A stretch of 64,000 bases of DNA from an uncultured Alphaproteobacteria bacterium (GCA_963783535.1 CAWANX010000001.1:48283-112282), one strand, 5' to 3'; counted from the stretch's first letter, positions 10,214-22,595 are shown. The notes: generated from the sequence alone by a model not told the origin. Made by a program: numbers and translations.

Positions 10214-12472
10214 TCAGAGCTCGCCCTGCATCAGCGCGGGGAAGAAGCCTTCGTGCGCGGCGCGGAGGTCAGCGAGCTTGATGGATTGCGGGCCGCCGCG
10301 ATCGACGAGATCAAATACCAAATCATCACCGCCAGTAAGCCCGATCTCCACCGCAAACAATCCCGCTTCGTTGGCGAGTTGGCGAACCCGGTCAGGATCG
10401 CATGTCGCGACGACGTAGCGTCCTTGGTCCTCGCCAAACAGGATCGCTCCGACGTTTGGAATCTGTGGGACGACCGTCATGGTCATGCCGACGTTGGCTG
10501 CCAGCGCCATCTCGGCAACAGCGACCGCCGCGCCTCCGTCAGAGCAATCATGGATCGCACTGACGACACTCTCCTTGGCAAGGCGGCGGACGAGTTCACC
10601 CGCGCGTTTCTCGGCGGCAAGATCGACTGGGGGCGGTGCCCCATGGCGACGGCCGTGACATACATCCAGCCAGAGTGACTGCCCGACATGGCTGCCGCTG
10701 TGACCGATGAGCACGAGATTCTCACCCTCTTGATAAGCAATGCCGAGGCTCTTCTCCCAATCATCCAGCAACCCAACCCCGCCGATCGCCGGCGTCGGGA
10801 GAATAGCGCTTCCCCCGCCCGTAGCCTTGCTCTCGTTGTAGAGGCTGACATTCCCACTCACGATCGGGAAATCCAGCGCTCGGCAGGCTTCGCCCATGCC
10901 TTCGAGGCAGCCCACGAACTGCGCCATGATCTCGGGCCGCTGGGGGTTGCCGAAGTTGAGGCAGTTGGTGACCGCGAGCGGCCTGGCGCCGACCGCGCAG
11001 AGATTGCGATAGGCTTCGGCGATGGCCTGCTTCCCGCCTTCATAGGGGTCCGCATAGCAGTAGCGAGGGGTGCAGTCGGTGGTGATCGCCAGCGCCTTGT
11101 TGGTGCCGTGGACTCGGACCACGGCGGCGTCGCCGCCGGGGCGCTGGATGGTGTCGGCGCCGACCTGACTGTCGTACTGCTCCCAGATCCAGCGGCGCGA
11201 GGCGAGGTTGGGGGAGGCCATCAGCTTGAGCAGGTCAGCGGCGATGTCGGTTGATTCCGGAATGTCGCCAAGCGGCTTGACCTGGGCCCAGGCTTTATAC
11301 TCGTCGCGGCTGAGATGCGGACGGTCATATTCGGGCGCCTCGTCGGCTAGCGGGCCCAAGGGGATGTCGCACACCGTCTCGCCGTTCCAGACGAGCTGCA
11401 TTCGGCCCGTGTCCGTGACTTGGCCGATGACGGCGAAGTCGAGCTCCCATTTGCGGAAGATCTTCTCGGCCTCGGCCTCGCGGCCGGGCTTCAAGACCAT
11501 CAGCATCCGCTCCTGGGATTCCGACAGCATCATTTCATAGGGCGTCATGCCCTCCTCGCGACACGGCACCTTGTTCATGTCGAGGCGGATCCCGGCGTCG
11601 CCCTTCGACGCCATCTCGACCGAGGAGCTGGTGAGGCCCGCCGCACCCATGTCCTGGATGGCGACGATCGCGTCGGTGGCCATCAGCTCGAGGCAGGCTT
11701 CGATCAGCAGCTTTTCGGTGAAGGGGTCGCCGACCTGCACGGTCGGGCGCTTCTCGTCGCTGTTCTCGTCGAAATCGGCGGATGCCATGGTCGCGCCGTG
11801 GATGCCGTCGCGGCCGGTCTTTGATCCGACATAGACGATCGGATTGCCGATGCCAGTCGCGGCCGAATAGAAAATCTTGTCGGCGCTGGCGACGCCGACG
11901 GTCATCGCGTTGACCAGGATATTGCCGTCGTAAGCGGGATCGAAATTGACTTCCCCGCCGACGGTGGGGACGCCGACGCAATTGCCATATCCGCCGATGC
12001 CGCTGACTACGCCGGCGATCAGGTGGCGCATCCTGGGATGATCCGGCCGGCCGAAACGCAGCGCGTTCAGGTTGGCGATCGGCCGCGCGCCCATGGTGAA
12101 GACGTCGCGCAAGATACCGCCGACGCCGGTGGCGGCGCCCTGGTAGGGCTCGATGTAACTTGGGTGGTTGTGGCTCTCCATCTTGAAGATGGCGGCTTGC
12201 CCCCGCCCTTGTTCATCTGGGCCGATGTCGATCACGCCGGCATTCTCGCCCGGGCCGCAGATCACCCAGGGCGCTTCGGTGGGCAGCTTCTTGAGGTGAA
12301 CGCGCGAGCTTTTGTAGGAGCAGTGCTCCGACCACATTACCGAGAAGATGCCGAGCTCGACCAGGTTCGGCTCGCGGCCGAGCGCGTGGAGGACGCGGTC
12401 ATATTCCTCGGCGCTAAGGCCGTGTTGGGCGACGATTTGGGGGGTGATGGCGGGGGCTTCGAGGACTGACAT
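10214..12472 (-). CDS. purL: Phosphoribosylformylglycinamidine synthase subunit PurL
   Basis: [40 protein letters not shown] motifs. Confidence 0.97.
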   Translation of the reverse strand: MSVLEAPAITPQIVAQHGLSAEEYDRVLHALGREPNLVELGIFSVMWSEHCSYKSSRVHLKKLPTEAPWVICGPGENAGVIDIGPDEQGRGQAAIFKMESHNHPSYIEPYQGAATGVGGILRDVFTMGARPIANLNALRFGRPDHPRMRHLIAGVVSGIGGYGNCVGVPTVGGEVNFDPAYDGNILVNAMTVGVASADKIFYSAATGIGNPIVYVGSKTGRDGIHGATMASADFDENSDEKRPTVQVGDPFTEKLLIEACLELMATDAIVAIQDMGAAGLTSSSVEMASKGDAGIRLDMNKVPCREEGMTPYEMMLSESQERMLMVLKPGREAEAEKIFRKWELDFAVIGQVTDTGRMQLVWNGETVCDIPLGPLADEAPEYDRPHLSRDEYKAWAQVKPLGDIPESTDIAADLLKLMASPNLASRRWIWEQYDSQVGADTIQRPGGDAAVVRVHGTNKALAITTDCTPRYCYADPYEGGKQAIAEAYRNLCAVGARPLAVTNCLNFGNPQRPEIMAQFVGCLEGMGEACRALDFPIVSGNVSLYNESKATGGGSAILPTPAIGGVGLLDDWEKSLGIAYQEGENLVLIGHSGSHVGQSLWLDVCHGRRHGAPPPVDLAAEKRAGELVRRLAKESVVSAIHDCSDGGAAVAVAEMALAANVGMTMTVVPQIPNVGAILFGEDQGRYVVATCDPDRVRQLANEAGLFAVEIGLTGGDDLVFDLVDRGGPQSIKLADLRAAHEGFFPALMQGEL

Positions 12473-12586
12473 GGCGCGCGCCTTAGCCGCGATGAACCGT
12501 TGCCGCTAGGTGAGTTGGTGCATTGAACCGGTAACGATCAGGGTGGATAAACCGGTCGCCGGAGGGGACTCGCAAGGAGGCCAGAG

Positions 12587-13066
12587 ATGCCGAAACCAAT
12601 TCCCGAAGGGTACCATAGCGTAACGCCCTATCTGGTGGTCGACGACGCGGCGAAGGCGATCGAATTCTACAAGAAGGCGTTCGGCGCCGAGGAGAAGTTC
12701 CGGCTGCCGATGGGCGACAACAAGATCGCCCATGCCGAGATCAAGATCGGCGACAGCCATGTCATGCTGGCGGACGAATTCCCGGACATGGGGCATTTGA
12801 GCCCGAAGGCGCGCGGCGGAACGACCGTCAGCCTGATGGTCTATGTCGACGATGTCGACGGCGCGTTCAAAACCGCGCTCGACGCGGGCGCACAGCAGGA
12901 CCGCGCGGTCGAGGATCAATTCTGGGGCGACCGGATGGGCTCCCTGACCGATCCGTTCGGCCACAAGTGGAGCCTGGCGACCCATGTCGAGGACGTTCCC
13001 GAAGAGGAGATGGGCCGGCGCATGGAGCAGTTCGGCTCCCAGCAGAAGACGGCGGAGCCGGCGTAG
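12587..13066 (+). CDS. VOC/glyoxalase family protein (PhnB-like)
   Basis: PIPEGYHSVTPYL, AIEFYKKAFGA, QFWGDRMG..DPFGHKW. Confidence 0.9.
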   Translation: MPKPIPEGYHSVTPYLVVDDAAKAIEFYKKAFGAEEKFRLPMGDNKIAHAEIKIGDSHVMLADEFPDMGHLSPKARGGTTVSLMVYVDDVDGAFKTALDAGAQQDRAVEDQFWGDRMGSLTDPFGHKWSLATHVEDVPEEEMGRRMEQFGSQQKTAEPA

Positions 13067-13071
13067 AAAAA

Positions 13072-13097
13072 TCCTCCCCGAGCTTGCTCGGGGAGGA
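13072..13097. terminator. Perfect 12-bp hairpin between convergent genes
   Basis: TCCTCCCCGAGC-TT-GCTCGGGGAGGA; one arm recurs at 10197-10207 after purL. Confidence 0.7.
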
Positions 13098-13103
13098 AAT
13101 ATA

Positions 13104-13520
13104 TCAGACGTGGCAGGTGATCTTGCCCTTGTCGGGCAGGGTGAGGGCGACGCTTTTAGAGGTCGCGTCCCCGGTCAGAGCATAGCCGCCGTCGGCTAGC
13201 AGCGGGGCCCCGGCGCTCGCGGCGGCGTTGGCGCCCTCGCCCTCGACTGGCGGAGCGGCACGGAGCTGAGTCGGCGTCGACGCATCGCCGATACGCAAAT
13301 TGGCCCCCTTGCCACCCTGCAGCCAGTCGATCGTGACCAGGCTGTTGTCCTTGCAGCGGTAGGTCTTGCTGGCGGCGATCGCCGGCGGCAACTCCACCGG
13401 CGCCGCGTTGGCCAGTGCGTCGGCCATGGGGTCGGGCTGCTCGCTGCCGACAAGGGGTTCATTGTTACAGGCGGCCAGCGAGGCGGCGCCCAAGGCGATC
13501 AAGGTGAAGTTGCGAATCAT
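13104..13520 (-). CDS. Hypothetical lipoprotein
   Basis: Lipobox SLAAC, AAPVELPPAI..KTYRCKDNS motif, C-terminal Cys. Confidence 0.75.
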   Translation of the reverse strand: MIRNFTLIALGAASLAACNNEPLVGSEQPDPMADALANAAPVELPPAIAASKTYRCKDNSLVTIDWLQGGKGANLRIGDASTPTQLRAAPPVEGEGANAAASAGAPLLADGGYALTGDATSKSVALTLPDKGKITCHV

Positions 13521-13604
13521 GTGCCCGCCCTTAGTCAAGCGCAGCGCGGCTCGTAAAGGCGCTGCTTCGTTGCAATGACATCCCGCGGCGCATAGGTTGC
13601 ATGC

Positions 13605-13865
13605 ATGAACCGTGTCGACAAGGAAGAACGGATGCAGCGCATCCGGATCGGACTGACCGGATTGGCCTTCGTCTTCCTGCTCGTCCTGCTCGGCACCGCG
13701 ATCAGCCGATCGGGCGAAGACCCGCTTGCGCCGACATCCCAGAACGAGCTGGCGACGCCCGAAGAGCCGAACGAACCGCTGGCCGAGATCGGCGCGGCGC
13801 CGGGCACCGGAACCTCGACCAACGCAGCGGCCGCAGAGGAGCCGGCTCAATCAACGACGCCGTGA
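13605..13865 (+). CDS. Small single-TM protein
   Basis: QRIRIGLTGLAFVFLLV..., EPLAEIGAAP; GTGA overlap with the next gene. Confidence 0.7.
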   Translation: MNRVDKEERMQRIRIGLTGLAFVFLLVLLGTAISRSGEDPLAPTSQNELATPEEPNEPLAEIGAAPGTGTSTNAAAAEEPAQSTTP

Positions 13866-14596
13866 AGCGGCGATTGGTCGCCGCGCTTGCGATCTTGGCC
13901 ATTGCCGCCGCCGCGGCAATTGGCGTCACCTTGCAGGGCGGGGAAAAGATACCGGCGGCCCGCGACCCGGCCAAGCGGCCGACGCTGGCCTTGCTCACTA
14001 GCCTCCCGCTGGTGTTCGGCGAGAGTTTCGGGCTCGATAGCGGGGGATCGGCGGCGCTGACGCGGCTAGAGGAGCGCTACAATGTCCTGCCCATTGGAGT
14101 AGCCGACGCGGCCAGCCTTGAAGGACAGAGGCTGTTGCTGTTGGCGCATCCGCGCGCGCAGCCGGCCCACGTGCTGGTCGAACTCGACCAATGGGTACGC
14201 GGCGGAGGTCGTGTGCTGTTGTTGGCGGATCCGCGACTCGATTGGCCGAGCGAACGGCCGCTGGGCGACAGGTTGCGCCCACCCCAGGCGTTTGCCGACA
14301 CTGGCCTGCTCGGTCATTGGGGCGTGCGGTTGATCGGACCGGAGCCCGACGGTCCGGCCTCGATCGGAATCGGCGATCTTTCCATTTTGGCATCGTCGCC
14401 CGGGAAGCTGGAGAGCCGGCGTTGCAGGTTAGCGGGCCAAGGGTTCGTCGCTCGCTGCCGTATCGGCCGGGGCTCGGCGACGATCGTCGCGGACGCGGAT
14501 TTCCTGAATGTTGATGGGGAAGGCGCGCTCGACGGGCCGACAGACCATAATCTCGATTTTCTGGCCGTCGAGCTAAGCCGGCTGGAAACCCGCTAG
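13862..14596 (+). CDS. GldG/DUF4350-like secreted protein
   Basis: Signal peptide, LLLAHPRA, LDQWVRGGGRVLLLADP, IVADADF motifs. Confidence 0.7.
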   Translation: MKRRLVAALAILAIAAAAAIGVTLQGGEKIPAARDPAKRPTLALLTSLPLVFGESFGLDSGGSAALTRLEERYNVLPIGVADAASLEGQRLLLLAHPRAQPAHVLVELDQWVRGGGRVLLLADPRLDWPSERPLGDRLRPPQAFADTGLLGHWGVRLIGPEPDGPASIGIGDLSILASSPGKLESRRCRLAGQGFVARCRIGRGSATIVADADFLNVDGEGALDGPTDHNLDFLAVELSRLETR

Positions 14597-14628
14597 GCGG
14601 GGCGAGTCACGCGATCTTGCCAACAATC

Positions 14629-14637
14629 TTATCCACA
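14629..14637 (+). promoter_or_regulatory. DnaA box upstream of mraZ
   Basis: Exact TTATCCACA. Confidence 0.6.
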
Positions 14638-14651
14638 GGGTTGCCAACCAA

Positions 14652-14666
14652 GAACAGGCGTAGAAC
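14652..14666 (+). promoter_or_regulatory. Alphaproteobacterial LexA (SOS) box candidate
   Basis: GAAC-AGGCGTA-GAAC matches GAAC-N7-GAAC. Confidence 0.5.
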
Positions 14667-14710
14667 AAAGCCTTAACAAGACCCTAAAAAACCGTTGAAA
14701 TTCCGCCACA

Positions 14711-14755
14711 GGGCATGAATTCCCACGATATGGCATCAAAATCCATTGTATCCCG
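14711..14755. promoter_or_regulatory. Putative MraZ operator: five pentamers at 10-bp period
   Basis: GGGCA/TCCCA/TGGCA/ATCCA/TCCCG at 14711, 14721, 14731, 14741, 14751 (TGGGA-like on the minus strand). Confidence 0.55.
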
Positions 14756-14886
14756 CGCGTCGTTGAGTTACCAACATACATAAGTAGCGCGGGGCTAACC
14801 GTATTGAGTTCGATCAGTACGTGGGGCGCACGGGGAAGCCGTGCACCCACGAACGGGGAAGCTGTGCCGCGCGAACGGAGTGGGTC

Positions 14887-15372
14887 GTGGCACTAGAGCA
14901 TCTGTTTCAAGGCAGTGCTTTGAACGCGGTGGACGCGAAGGGTCGCGTCTCCGTGCCCGCCTTCCTGCGCCAGGTTGTCGAACGCCGCGGCGATGCCCGG
15001 ACGATCGTCCTTGCCAAGCATGACGCCTTCCCCTGCCTCAGCGCCTACGACCCCGCATATGCCGCGCTGAAGCACGAGAAGATCGAACGCCTGCTCGAGA
15101 AGCAGGAGACCGATCCGGCCGCCGAGCTCGACCATGCTCGCCGGACCATGATGGCGTTCGGCGCGACCGAAGAAGTTCCCTATGATTCCTCCGGCCGCAT
15201 CATCGTGCCCCCAATGATGCGCCGGAAGGGTCAGCTGGAAGATCTCGCCCTGTTCGTCGGTGTCGGCGAGACCTTCCAGCTCTGGAACCCCAAACTGTTC
15301 CTGGCCGACAAGAACGTGCCCGACGACATGAAGGATATCGCACGCTTCCGGCTGGAGGAGCGAGGGCTATGA
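14887..15372 (+). CDS. mraZ: Division/cell wall cluster repressor MraZ
   Basis: Two DxxGR motifs (DAKGR, DSSGR); first gene of dcw. Confidence 0.93.
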   Translation: MALEHLFQGSALNAVDAKGRVSVPAFLRQVVERRGDARTIVLAKHDAFPCLSAYDPAYAALKHEKIERLLEKQETDPAAELDHARRTMMAFGATEEVPYDSSGRIIVPPMMRRKGQLEDLALFVGVGETFQLWNPKLFLADKNVPDDMKDIARFRLEERGL

Positions 15373-16337
15373 GCAATGTCGCTCCCCACGAACCTGTCCT
15401 GCTGCATGAGGTTGTCGAGGGTCTCGCCATCGTCCCCGGCGAGACCCTGGTCGACGGCACCTTTGGAGCGGGAGGCTATACGCGCGCTCTCCTTGGGGGG
15501 GGGGCGGGACGAGTGATCGGCTTCGATCGCGACCCTGATGCGATCGCCAAGGGGCCGTCACTCGTCCCTGATCCGCGGCTGACGCTGGTCCAGGAGTGCT
15601 TCAGCCAGATGGACCGGGTGCTCGCGACACGCGGCCTGTTGCCGGTCGACGGCATCGCGCTCGACATCGGCGTGTCGTCGATGCAGCTCGACCAGGCCGA
15701 TCGCGGCTTCTCATTCTCCAACGACGGCCCGCTCGACATGCGCATGAGCAAGTCGGGAACAAGTGCCGCCGACTTCCTGAACCATGCCGATGAGGGCGAA
15801 ATTGCCCGCGTCCTCAAGGATTATGGGGAGGAGCCGCGCGCTCGCGCGGTTGCGCGTGCCATCGTCGCTGCCCGGCCGCTTACCCGAACGGCCGAGCTGG
15901 CGGCGGTGGTGCGCAGGGCATTGGGTTATCGCCAGGGGCAGAAGAGCGACCCCGCCACCCGAACCTTCCAGGCGATCCGGATTCATCTCAACGCAGAGCT
16001 TGACGAGCTGGAGCAAGGGCTCCGCGCCGCCGAGCGGTCGCTTCGTCCCGGCGGCCGCTTGGCGGTGGTTACGTTTCACAGCCTTGAGGATCGCATCGTG
16101 AAGCGCTTCCTCCGCACCCGCAGCGGGGCGACGCCCGCCGGATCGCGCCATCGGCCGATGGCCGCGAAAGGCCCCGCCCCGACCTTCGAACAAGTTGCCA
16201 AGCCGGTCTCCCCATCCGAGGCCGAGCTGGCGCGAAACCCGCGCGCGCGCTCGGCGCGTCTCCGTACCGCGGTCCGCACCGCGGCGCCCGCGTGGGACCA
16301 GGAGAAGGCAGCCCCTGCCGGGAGGGCAATACAATGA
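15369..16337 (+). CDS. rsmH: 16S rRNA m4C1402 methyltransferase
   Basis: [39 protein letters not shown]. Confidence 0.96.
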   Translation: MSNVAPHEPVLLHEVVEGLAIVPGETLVDGTFGAGGYTRALLGGGAGRVIGFDRDPDAIAKGPSLVPDPRLTLVQECFSQMDRVLATRGLLPVDGIALDIGVSSMQLDQADRGFSFSNDGPLDMRMSKSGTSAADFLNHADEGEIARVLKDYGEEPRARAVARAIVAARPLTRTAELAAVVRRALGYRQGQKSDPATRTFQAIRIHLNAELDELEQGLRAAERSLRPGGRLAVVTFHSLEDRIVKRFLRTRSGATPAGSRHRPMAAKGPAPTFEQVAKPVSPSEAELARNPRARSARLRTAVRTAAPAWDQEKAAPAGRAIQ

Positions 16338-17032
16338 GCGCGCGAGGCTTTGGATCGGTGTTGTCGGCAGGTGCAGTGGTTGGCGCTGCGCTAGGCTTCT
16401 ACCTGGTCAGCTTGCGGGTCGCATCGGAACGCGCTGCATTGGAGGACGTCGAAACGCGTATCGCAATGACCCAGCGCGACATCCGCCTGCTTCAGACGGA
16501 GATCGGCACCCGCGGCCGGCTGGCTCAGCTTGAGCGGTGGAACGTCAGGTTCATCCGCTTGTCAGCGCCCAATGCCGACCAGTTCGTCGATGGCGGCTTC
16601 CAGCTCGCGACCCTGGTCGCACCGGAGAAGAAGCCGGTCATCGGCGCGCCGGTGGTGCTGGCTTCCGCGCCGATTTCACAACCGCCCCAGCATAAGCTGA
16701 CCGGCGATGCGGTCGAGCCCCAGGCCGCGCCTGCAATGGCACGCTCGGCCAGCGAGATGATCCATGTCGCAAGCTACAGCGTGCCCCAGGAATCCCCGGC
16801 CAGGCCGATCATGGCCAAGCCGATCGTCGTCAAGCCGGCTGGGGTGAAGCCGCAACCCAAATCCATGACGCAGCCGGCGAAGGGCGCGACTGCGATGAAG
16901 CCCGCCAAAAGCGCGATGGCCGACCCGCTGGCTCCCTTGTCAGGGGCGACCGCTAAGGCCAAAGGCAACGCGCCCGCCGCCTCCGCCGGCGTGACCCGCC
17001 CCCAATCCAAGGACAGCGTAACCGATCGATGA
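16334..17032 (+). CDS. ftsL: FtsL-like division protein with long Pro/Ala/Lys-rich tail
   Basis: TM segment plus coiled coil ([15 protein letters not shown]); sits between rsmH and ftsI. Confidence 0.65.
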   Translation: MSARGFGSVLSAGAVVGAALGFYLVSLRVASERAALEDVETRIAMTQRDIRLLQTEIGTRGRLAQLERWNVRFIRLSAPNADQFVDGGFQLATLVAPEKKPVIGAPVVLASAPISQPPQHKLTGDAVEPQAAPAMARSASEMIHVASYSVPQESPARPIMAKPIVVKPAGVKPQPKSMTQPAKGATAMKPAKSAMADPLAPLSGATAKAKGNAPAASAGVTRPQSKDSVTDR

Positions 17033-18730
17033 ACGCCCCGACGCCCGCTCTCGTCGCACGGCCCGAGCGGCTCCGTCTGGTCGGACAGCGACGGCAGATA
17101 TTGGCGCTGATGCACCAGCGGCTGATGTTCGGCATGCTGGTCTATACCGGAATCATTGCGATCATCGCCTTGAGGCTGATCTGGCTGGCTGCGTTCGGCG
17201 ATCATGCCGGGCGCAAGGGCGGGGCGATCGATCTGACCCCCGAGCGGGGCGACATCGTCGACCGCGATGGGCAGGCGCTGGCACGGACGATCGACGCCTG
17301 GACCATCGGGATCCAGCCGGCAAAGGTGATCGGCAACAAGCTCGATCTCGCGCGCAAGATGGCCGAGCTGATGCCGGAGAAAGACGCGGCGACCTATCTC
17401 GCCATGCTGCGTTCGGACAAATCCTTCTACTATCTCCGCCGGCGCGCACCGCCGGGGCTGGTCTCCGCGATCAACGCGCTTGGCGAGCCAGGGCTGGCGC
17501 TGGAGAGGGAACCCGACCGGCTATATCCGCAGACCACCCTGGCGGCTCACGTAATTGGTTTCACCGACCTCGACGGCAAGGGCAATGCCGGGATCGAGCG
17601 CGCCTTCGAGGAGCAGCTGAGCGACCCCCGGCGTCGAGACCAGCCAATCGTCCTTTCGATCTCAAGCCGAATCCAGCAGGCGCTCGAGCATGAACTCTAT
17701 GCGGCGATGACCCATTTCTCGGCGATCGGCGCCGCTGGGGTGATCATGGACATCCATACCGGCGAATTGCTGGCGATGACCTCGCTGCCGCAGCTCAATC
17801 CCAATGCCGCTGGCCAGGGCACGCCGGAAGCTCGGTTCAACCGCGCAACGCTCGGCGTTTACGAACTCGGCTCGACCTTCAAGCCGTTCACCGTGGCGAT
17901 GGCCATGGACGCCGGCGTAATCAAGTCGATGGGGCAAATCTACAATTGCCCGCGCGAACTGCACGTTGCCGGCCGGACGATCAACGACACCCATCCATTC
18001 GGTCGCGCCTGCACGGTCACCGAGATCATGAAGGAAAGCTCGAACATCGGCACGGCGCAGATTGCCGACCAATTGGGGCCGACACGGCAAAAGGCGTTCC
18101 TCAAGAAGATGGGTTTCCTCGACAAGGTCGAGATCGAGTTGAGGGAACGCGGCCGCACGCTGAGCCCGGGAGCCAACTGGAACCAGGTCGAGACGATGAC
18201 GGTCGGCTTCGGCCATGGGATCGCGGTAACGCCGCTGCACCTCGCCACCGGTTACGCCACCCTGTTCAACGGCGGCATCTACCGCCCGGCGACCCTCCTC
18301 AAGGTCGGCCGCGACCATCCGGCGGGCAAGGGCCGGCGCGTGTTCAGCGAGGAAACCAGCTACAAGATGCGCGCGCTGCTTCGCCTGGTGGTGACGAAGG
18401 GGACAGGCAGGAAGGCCGATGCGCCGGGCTATCGCGTCGGCGGCAAGACCGGGACGCGCCGAGAAATATCACGACCGCTCCCTTCTGGTCACCACCTTCG
18501 CGGGCGTTTTCCCAATGGACGAGCCGCGCTATGTGATCGTGGTGATGCTCGATGAACCCAAAGCCACCGCCGAAACCTTTGGCTTCCGCACCGCCGGCTG
18601 GAACGTCGCGCCGGTGGTGTCGAAGACCGTCAGCCGGATCGCGCCGATGCTCGGCGTCCGGCCCGATATGCGCCGCGAGCCCAACCTGGCCGAGGTGCTG
18701 CCTTACGTTCACGAAAAAGCGGAACATTAA
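17029..18730 (+). CDS. ftsI: Penicillin-binding protein 3 (frameshift near 18455)
   Basis: RGDIVDR, GSTFK, SSN, KTG motifs; C-terminus in ORF 18419..18730. Confidence 0.93.
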
Positions 18731-18734
18731 TTAC

Positions 18735-20150
18735 ATGCTTCTGGGCGATCTCGCCGGTATCGCGGACGATTCCGAAGTGACGGGCTTCGCGCTTGATCAT
18801 CGCAAGGTGGCACCGGGCAACATCTTCGGCGCGTTTCGCGGAGCCCGGTTCAACGGCGAGGATTTCATCGGCGAGGCTGTGAGGCGGGGAGCAAGCGCGG
18901 TCGTCGCGCGGCCCGAGGCCAAGGTCGAAGGCGTGCCGCACCTGACCGCCGACGAACCGCGCAAGCTGTTCGCCGAGCTCGCCGCCCGCTACTTCGCCCC
19001 CTATCCAGAGACGATCGTCGCGGTCACCGGAACCAACGGCAAGACCTCGACCGTCGAGTTGACACGGCAGCTGTGGCGGATGGCGGGGCATCGGTCGGCG
19101 TCGATCGGAACACTAGGCGTGACCACGGCCGACGACCAGGTGAAGACCGGGCTGACCACGCCGGACATCGTCACCTTCCTCAGCAACATGGCCGGAATGA
19201 AGCGGATGGGGATCAGCCATGTTGCGTACGAGGCTTCGTCGCATGGCCTCGACCAGTTTCGCGCCGAAGGCGTATCGATCCGCGCCGCAGCGTTCACCAA
19301 TTTCAGTCGCGACCACCTCGACTACCACTCCGACATGGATGCCTATTTCGCGGCCAAGATGCGGTTGTTCGACGAAGTTGTCGCGGCGGATGGGACCGCG
19401 GTCATCTGGACCGGCGATCCCAAGTCGCAAGTAGTCATCGATCATGTCAGGGCGCGGGGCCTCCTGTTGATCACCGTCGGCCCGGGCGCGGAAACGATTG
19501 AGCTGGTTTCACGCCAGTCGACTCCGCTCGGGCAGCAACTGCTGCTGCGTCACGAGGGCAAGGAGCATAAGCTCGCTCTGCCGCTGATCGGTGCCTATCA
19601 GATGAACAATGTGCTGACCGCGGCGGGGCTGGTGCTGGCGACCGGCGGCAAATGGGCAACGACGCTGAGCGGCATGGGCCGGGTTTCGCCGGTCCGCGGG
19701 CGGCTCGAGCGAGCAGTGATCAGCCGCGCCGGCGCTCCGGTCTATGTCGATTATGCCCATACCCCTGACGCGATCGAGGCGGCCATCGAGGCCCTTCGCC
19801 CGCATGTCGAAGGTCGACTGATCACGGTCCTTGGCGCGGGTGGCGACCGCGACCATGGGAAAAGGCCGGAAATGGGAGCAGTGGCGGCGCGGCTTAGCGA
19901 TGCGGTGATCGTCACCGATGACAACCCGCGCAGCGAGGCCCCGGCGACGATCCGCAAGGCGGTGCTGGAAGGCGCTCCGGATGCAAAGGAGATCGGCGAC
20001 CGGCGTTCAGCAATCGCCGAGGCGATCCGCATCGCCAAGGCAGGGGACATCGTGCTGGTGGCCGGCAAGGGCCACGAACAGGGACAGATCATCGGGGACA
20101 AGGTGCTGCAATTCGACGACGTGACCGTGGCGCGGGAATGCGCGGCGTGA
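18735..20150 (+). CDS. murE: UDP-MurNAc-tripeptide synthetase (mDAP)
   Basis: [36 protein letters not shown]. Confidence 0.96.
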   Translation: MLLGDLAGIADDSEVTGFALDHRKVAPGNIFGAFRGARFNGEDFIGEAVRRGASAVVARPEAKVEGVPHLTADEPRKLFAELAARYFAPYPETIVAVTGTNGKTSTVELTRQLWRMAGHRSASIGTLGVTTADDQVKTGLTTPDIVTFLSNMAGMKRMGISHVAYEASSHGLDQFRAEGVSIRAAAFTNFSRDHLDYHSDMDAYFAAKMRLFDEVVAADGTAVIWTGDPKSQVVIDHVRARGLLLITVGPGAETIELVSRQSTPLGQQLLLRHEGKEHKLALPLIGAYQMNNVLTAAGLVLATGGKWATTLSGMGRVSPVRGRLERAVISRAGAPVYVDYAHTPDAIEAAIEALRPHVEGRLITVLGAGGDRDHGKRPEMGAVAARLSDAVIVTDDNPRSEAPATIRKAVLEGAPDAKEIGDRRSAIAEAIRIAKAGDIVLVAGKGHEQGQIIGDKVLQFDDVTVARECAA

Positions 20151-21536
20151 CTGCTTTATGGACCAGCGACGAAATCGTCGCCGCGACCGGCGGGACGCTG
20201 CACGGCCCGGCGTTCGAAGTGACCGGCGTCACCTTCGACAGCCGCGAGATCGAGCATGGGCATTTGTTCGTCGCCATGCCGGGAACAGTGGCCGACGGGC
20301 ATGACTTCGTTTCCAGGGCCTTTGCCGCGGGCGCCGCCGCGGCGCTGGTTTCGAAGCCGGTCGATGGTCCACATGTGCTCGTCACGGATGTGCCGCAGGC
20401 GCTGACCGACCTCGCCATCGCCTCGCGCAAGCGGATGACCGGCAAGGTGCTGGGCGTGACAGGCTCGGTCGGCAAGACCTCGACCAAGGAAGCGCTCTAC
20501 GCAGCGCTCGAGCGGTTCGCCAGGGGCAAGGTCCATCGTTCCGTCAAGAGCTACAATAATCATACCGGCGTGCCCTTGAGCCTCGCCCGGATGCCGCGCG
20601 ACAGCGAGTTTGCAGTGCTCGAAATGGGGATGAGCGCGAAGGGCGAGATCGCCGCGCTGACCCGGCTGGTCCGGCCGCATGTCGCGATGGTCACCACGCT
20701 TGCCTCGGCGCATATCGAATATCTCGGATCGATGGAGGCGATCGCCGACGCCAAGGCGGAGATATTCGAAGGGCTTGAGCCCGAGGGCGTCGCAATTGTC
20801 CCAAATGATACGCCCTACCGTGACCGGCTGGTCAGAGCCGCGCGCAAATATGCCGATCAGACCTTCACCTTCGGCCATGGCGACGCCGACATTTGCGCGA
20901 TCCACGCGGTGCGTGCCGGCAATGGCGGAAGCCTGGTCACGGCGCGGCTGGTCGAGAGCGAGCTCACCTACACCATAGCCCAGCGCGGCGACCATTGGGT
21001 GATGAATTCGCTGGCCGTGCTGGCGGCGGTCGAGGCGGTGGGCGCCGACCTGGCAATCGCCGGCCTGGCGCTGGCCGACATGGGCGGCCTCAAGGGCCGC
21101 GGCGAGCGCCATCGGCTGGCGGTCAAAGGCGGCCATTATCTGCTGATCGACGAAAGCTACAACGCCAATCCGGCGTCGATGGCGGCGACGCTGAAGGCGC
21201 TGGGAGAGGAGCGCGACGTCGAGCGGCGGATCGCCGTGCTCGGCCCGATGCGCGAGCTCGGCGAACATGCCGACAAGCTTCACGCGGGGCTTGCTCCCGC
21301 GGTGCGCGAGGCCAAGGTCGATCATTTGATCCTGGTCGGCGAGGATATGCAGCCGCTGCAGGACGCGCTGACGGCATGGTTGGGTCGATCGCGCCAGCAA
21401 TGCGGACGATGCGAGCGAACTGCTTGCAGAGCTGGTCCGGCCGGGCGATGCGGTGCTGGTCAAGGCGTCCAACTCGATCGGGCTTGCGAAGCTGGTCGAG
21501 CGGATGGCAGGGGGCGTCGCGACATGCTCTATCTGA
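20147..21536 (+). CDS. murF: UDP-MurNAc-pentapeptide synthetase (frameshift near 21375)
   Basis: [36 protein letters not shown]. Confidence 0.94.
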
Positions 21537-22595
21537 TTGCCGAGCAGCTGGGGTTCCCCGGTATTCTCAACCTCATCCGCTACATCAGCTTCCGGGCCGG
21601 CGCGGCGACCGCGACCGCGCTGACCATCGGTCTGTTGCTCGGCCCGGTGTTCATCCGCTGGCTGCGCGCCAAGCAGGGCAAAGGCCAGCCGATCCGCGCC
21701 GACGGGCCGCAGAGCCATTTGGCCAAGCGTGGCACGCCGACGATGGGCGGGTTGCTGATCCTCATTTCCGTGTCGGTTTCGGTGCTGCTGTGGATGGACC
21801 TCACCAATCGTTTACGTCTGGGCCTGCCTCCTGGTGACTGGCGGTTTCGGGCTGATCGGTTTCCTCGACGATTACGACAAGGTGAGGAAGGAGCATCATG
21901 CCGGGCTGTCGGGTCGGATGCGGCTATTCGTCGAGTTCGCCATCGCCGGCGTTGCGACCTGGCTGATGGTCCGAGTGTCGGGGACGCAGCTCTATCTGCC
22001 GTTCGTCCAGGGCGCGGTGATCGACCTCAGCTGGCTCTACATTGGCTTCGGCGCATTCGTGATCGTCGCGTTCGGCAATGCGGTGAACCTGACCGACGGG
22101 CTCGACGGCCTTGCGACCATGCCGGTGATCATCGCCGCCATGGCCTTCACGCTGATCGCCTATCTGGTCGGCAACGCGCTCTATTCCGAATATCTCGGCA
22201 TCCCCTTTGTGCCGGGCGCGGGCGATCTGACCGTGCTGCTGCTGGCGGTCGTCGGGGCAGGGCTCGCCTTCCTGTGGTTCAACGCGCCCCCGGCGGCGGT
22301 GTTCATGGGCGATACCGGCAGCCTCGCGCTGGGCGGTGCGCTCGGCGCGGTGGCGGTGGCGACCCATCATGAATTCGTGCTGGTGATCATCGGCGGGCTG
22401 TTCGTGCTGGAAGCGGTCAGCGTCATCGTCCAGGTCTTCTGGTTCAAGCGCTACGGCAAGCGGATTTTCCGGATGGCGCCGATCCATCATCATTTCGAGC
22501 ATCTCGGCTGGAGCGAACCGACGGTGGTGATCCGCTTCTGGATCATCAGCTTCATCCTCGCGCTGGCGGGGCTGTCGACGCTCAAGCTGAGGTGA
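21524..22595 (+). CDS. mraY: Phospho-MurNAc-pentapeptide transferase (frameshift near 21810)
   Basis: [38 protein letters not shown]. Confidence 0.95.

Noticed and set aside
14600-14820. Replication origin
   Set aside because: Only one perfect DnaA box, no clear unwinding element and no origin-linked genes; better read as the mraZ promoter.
20138-22372. Apparent MurF-MraY fusion
   Set aside because: The MurF C-terminus (VLVKASN) lies in another frame; single indels explain it.
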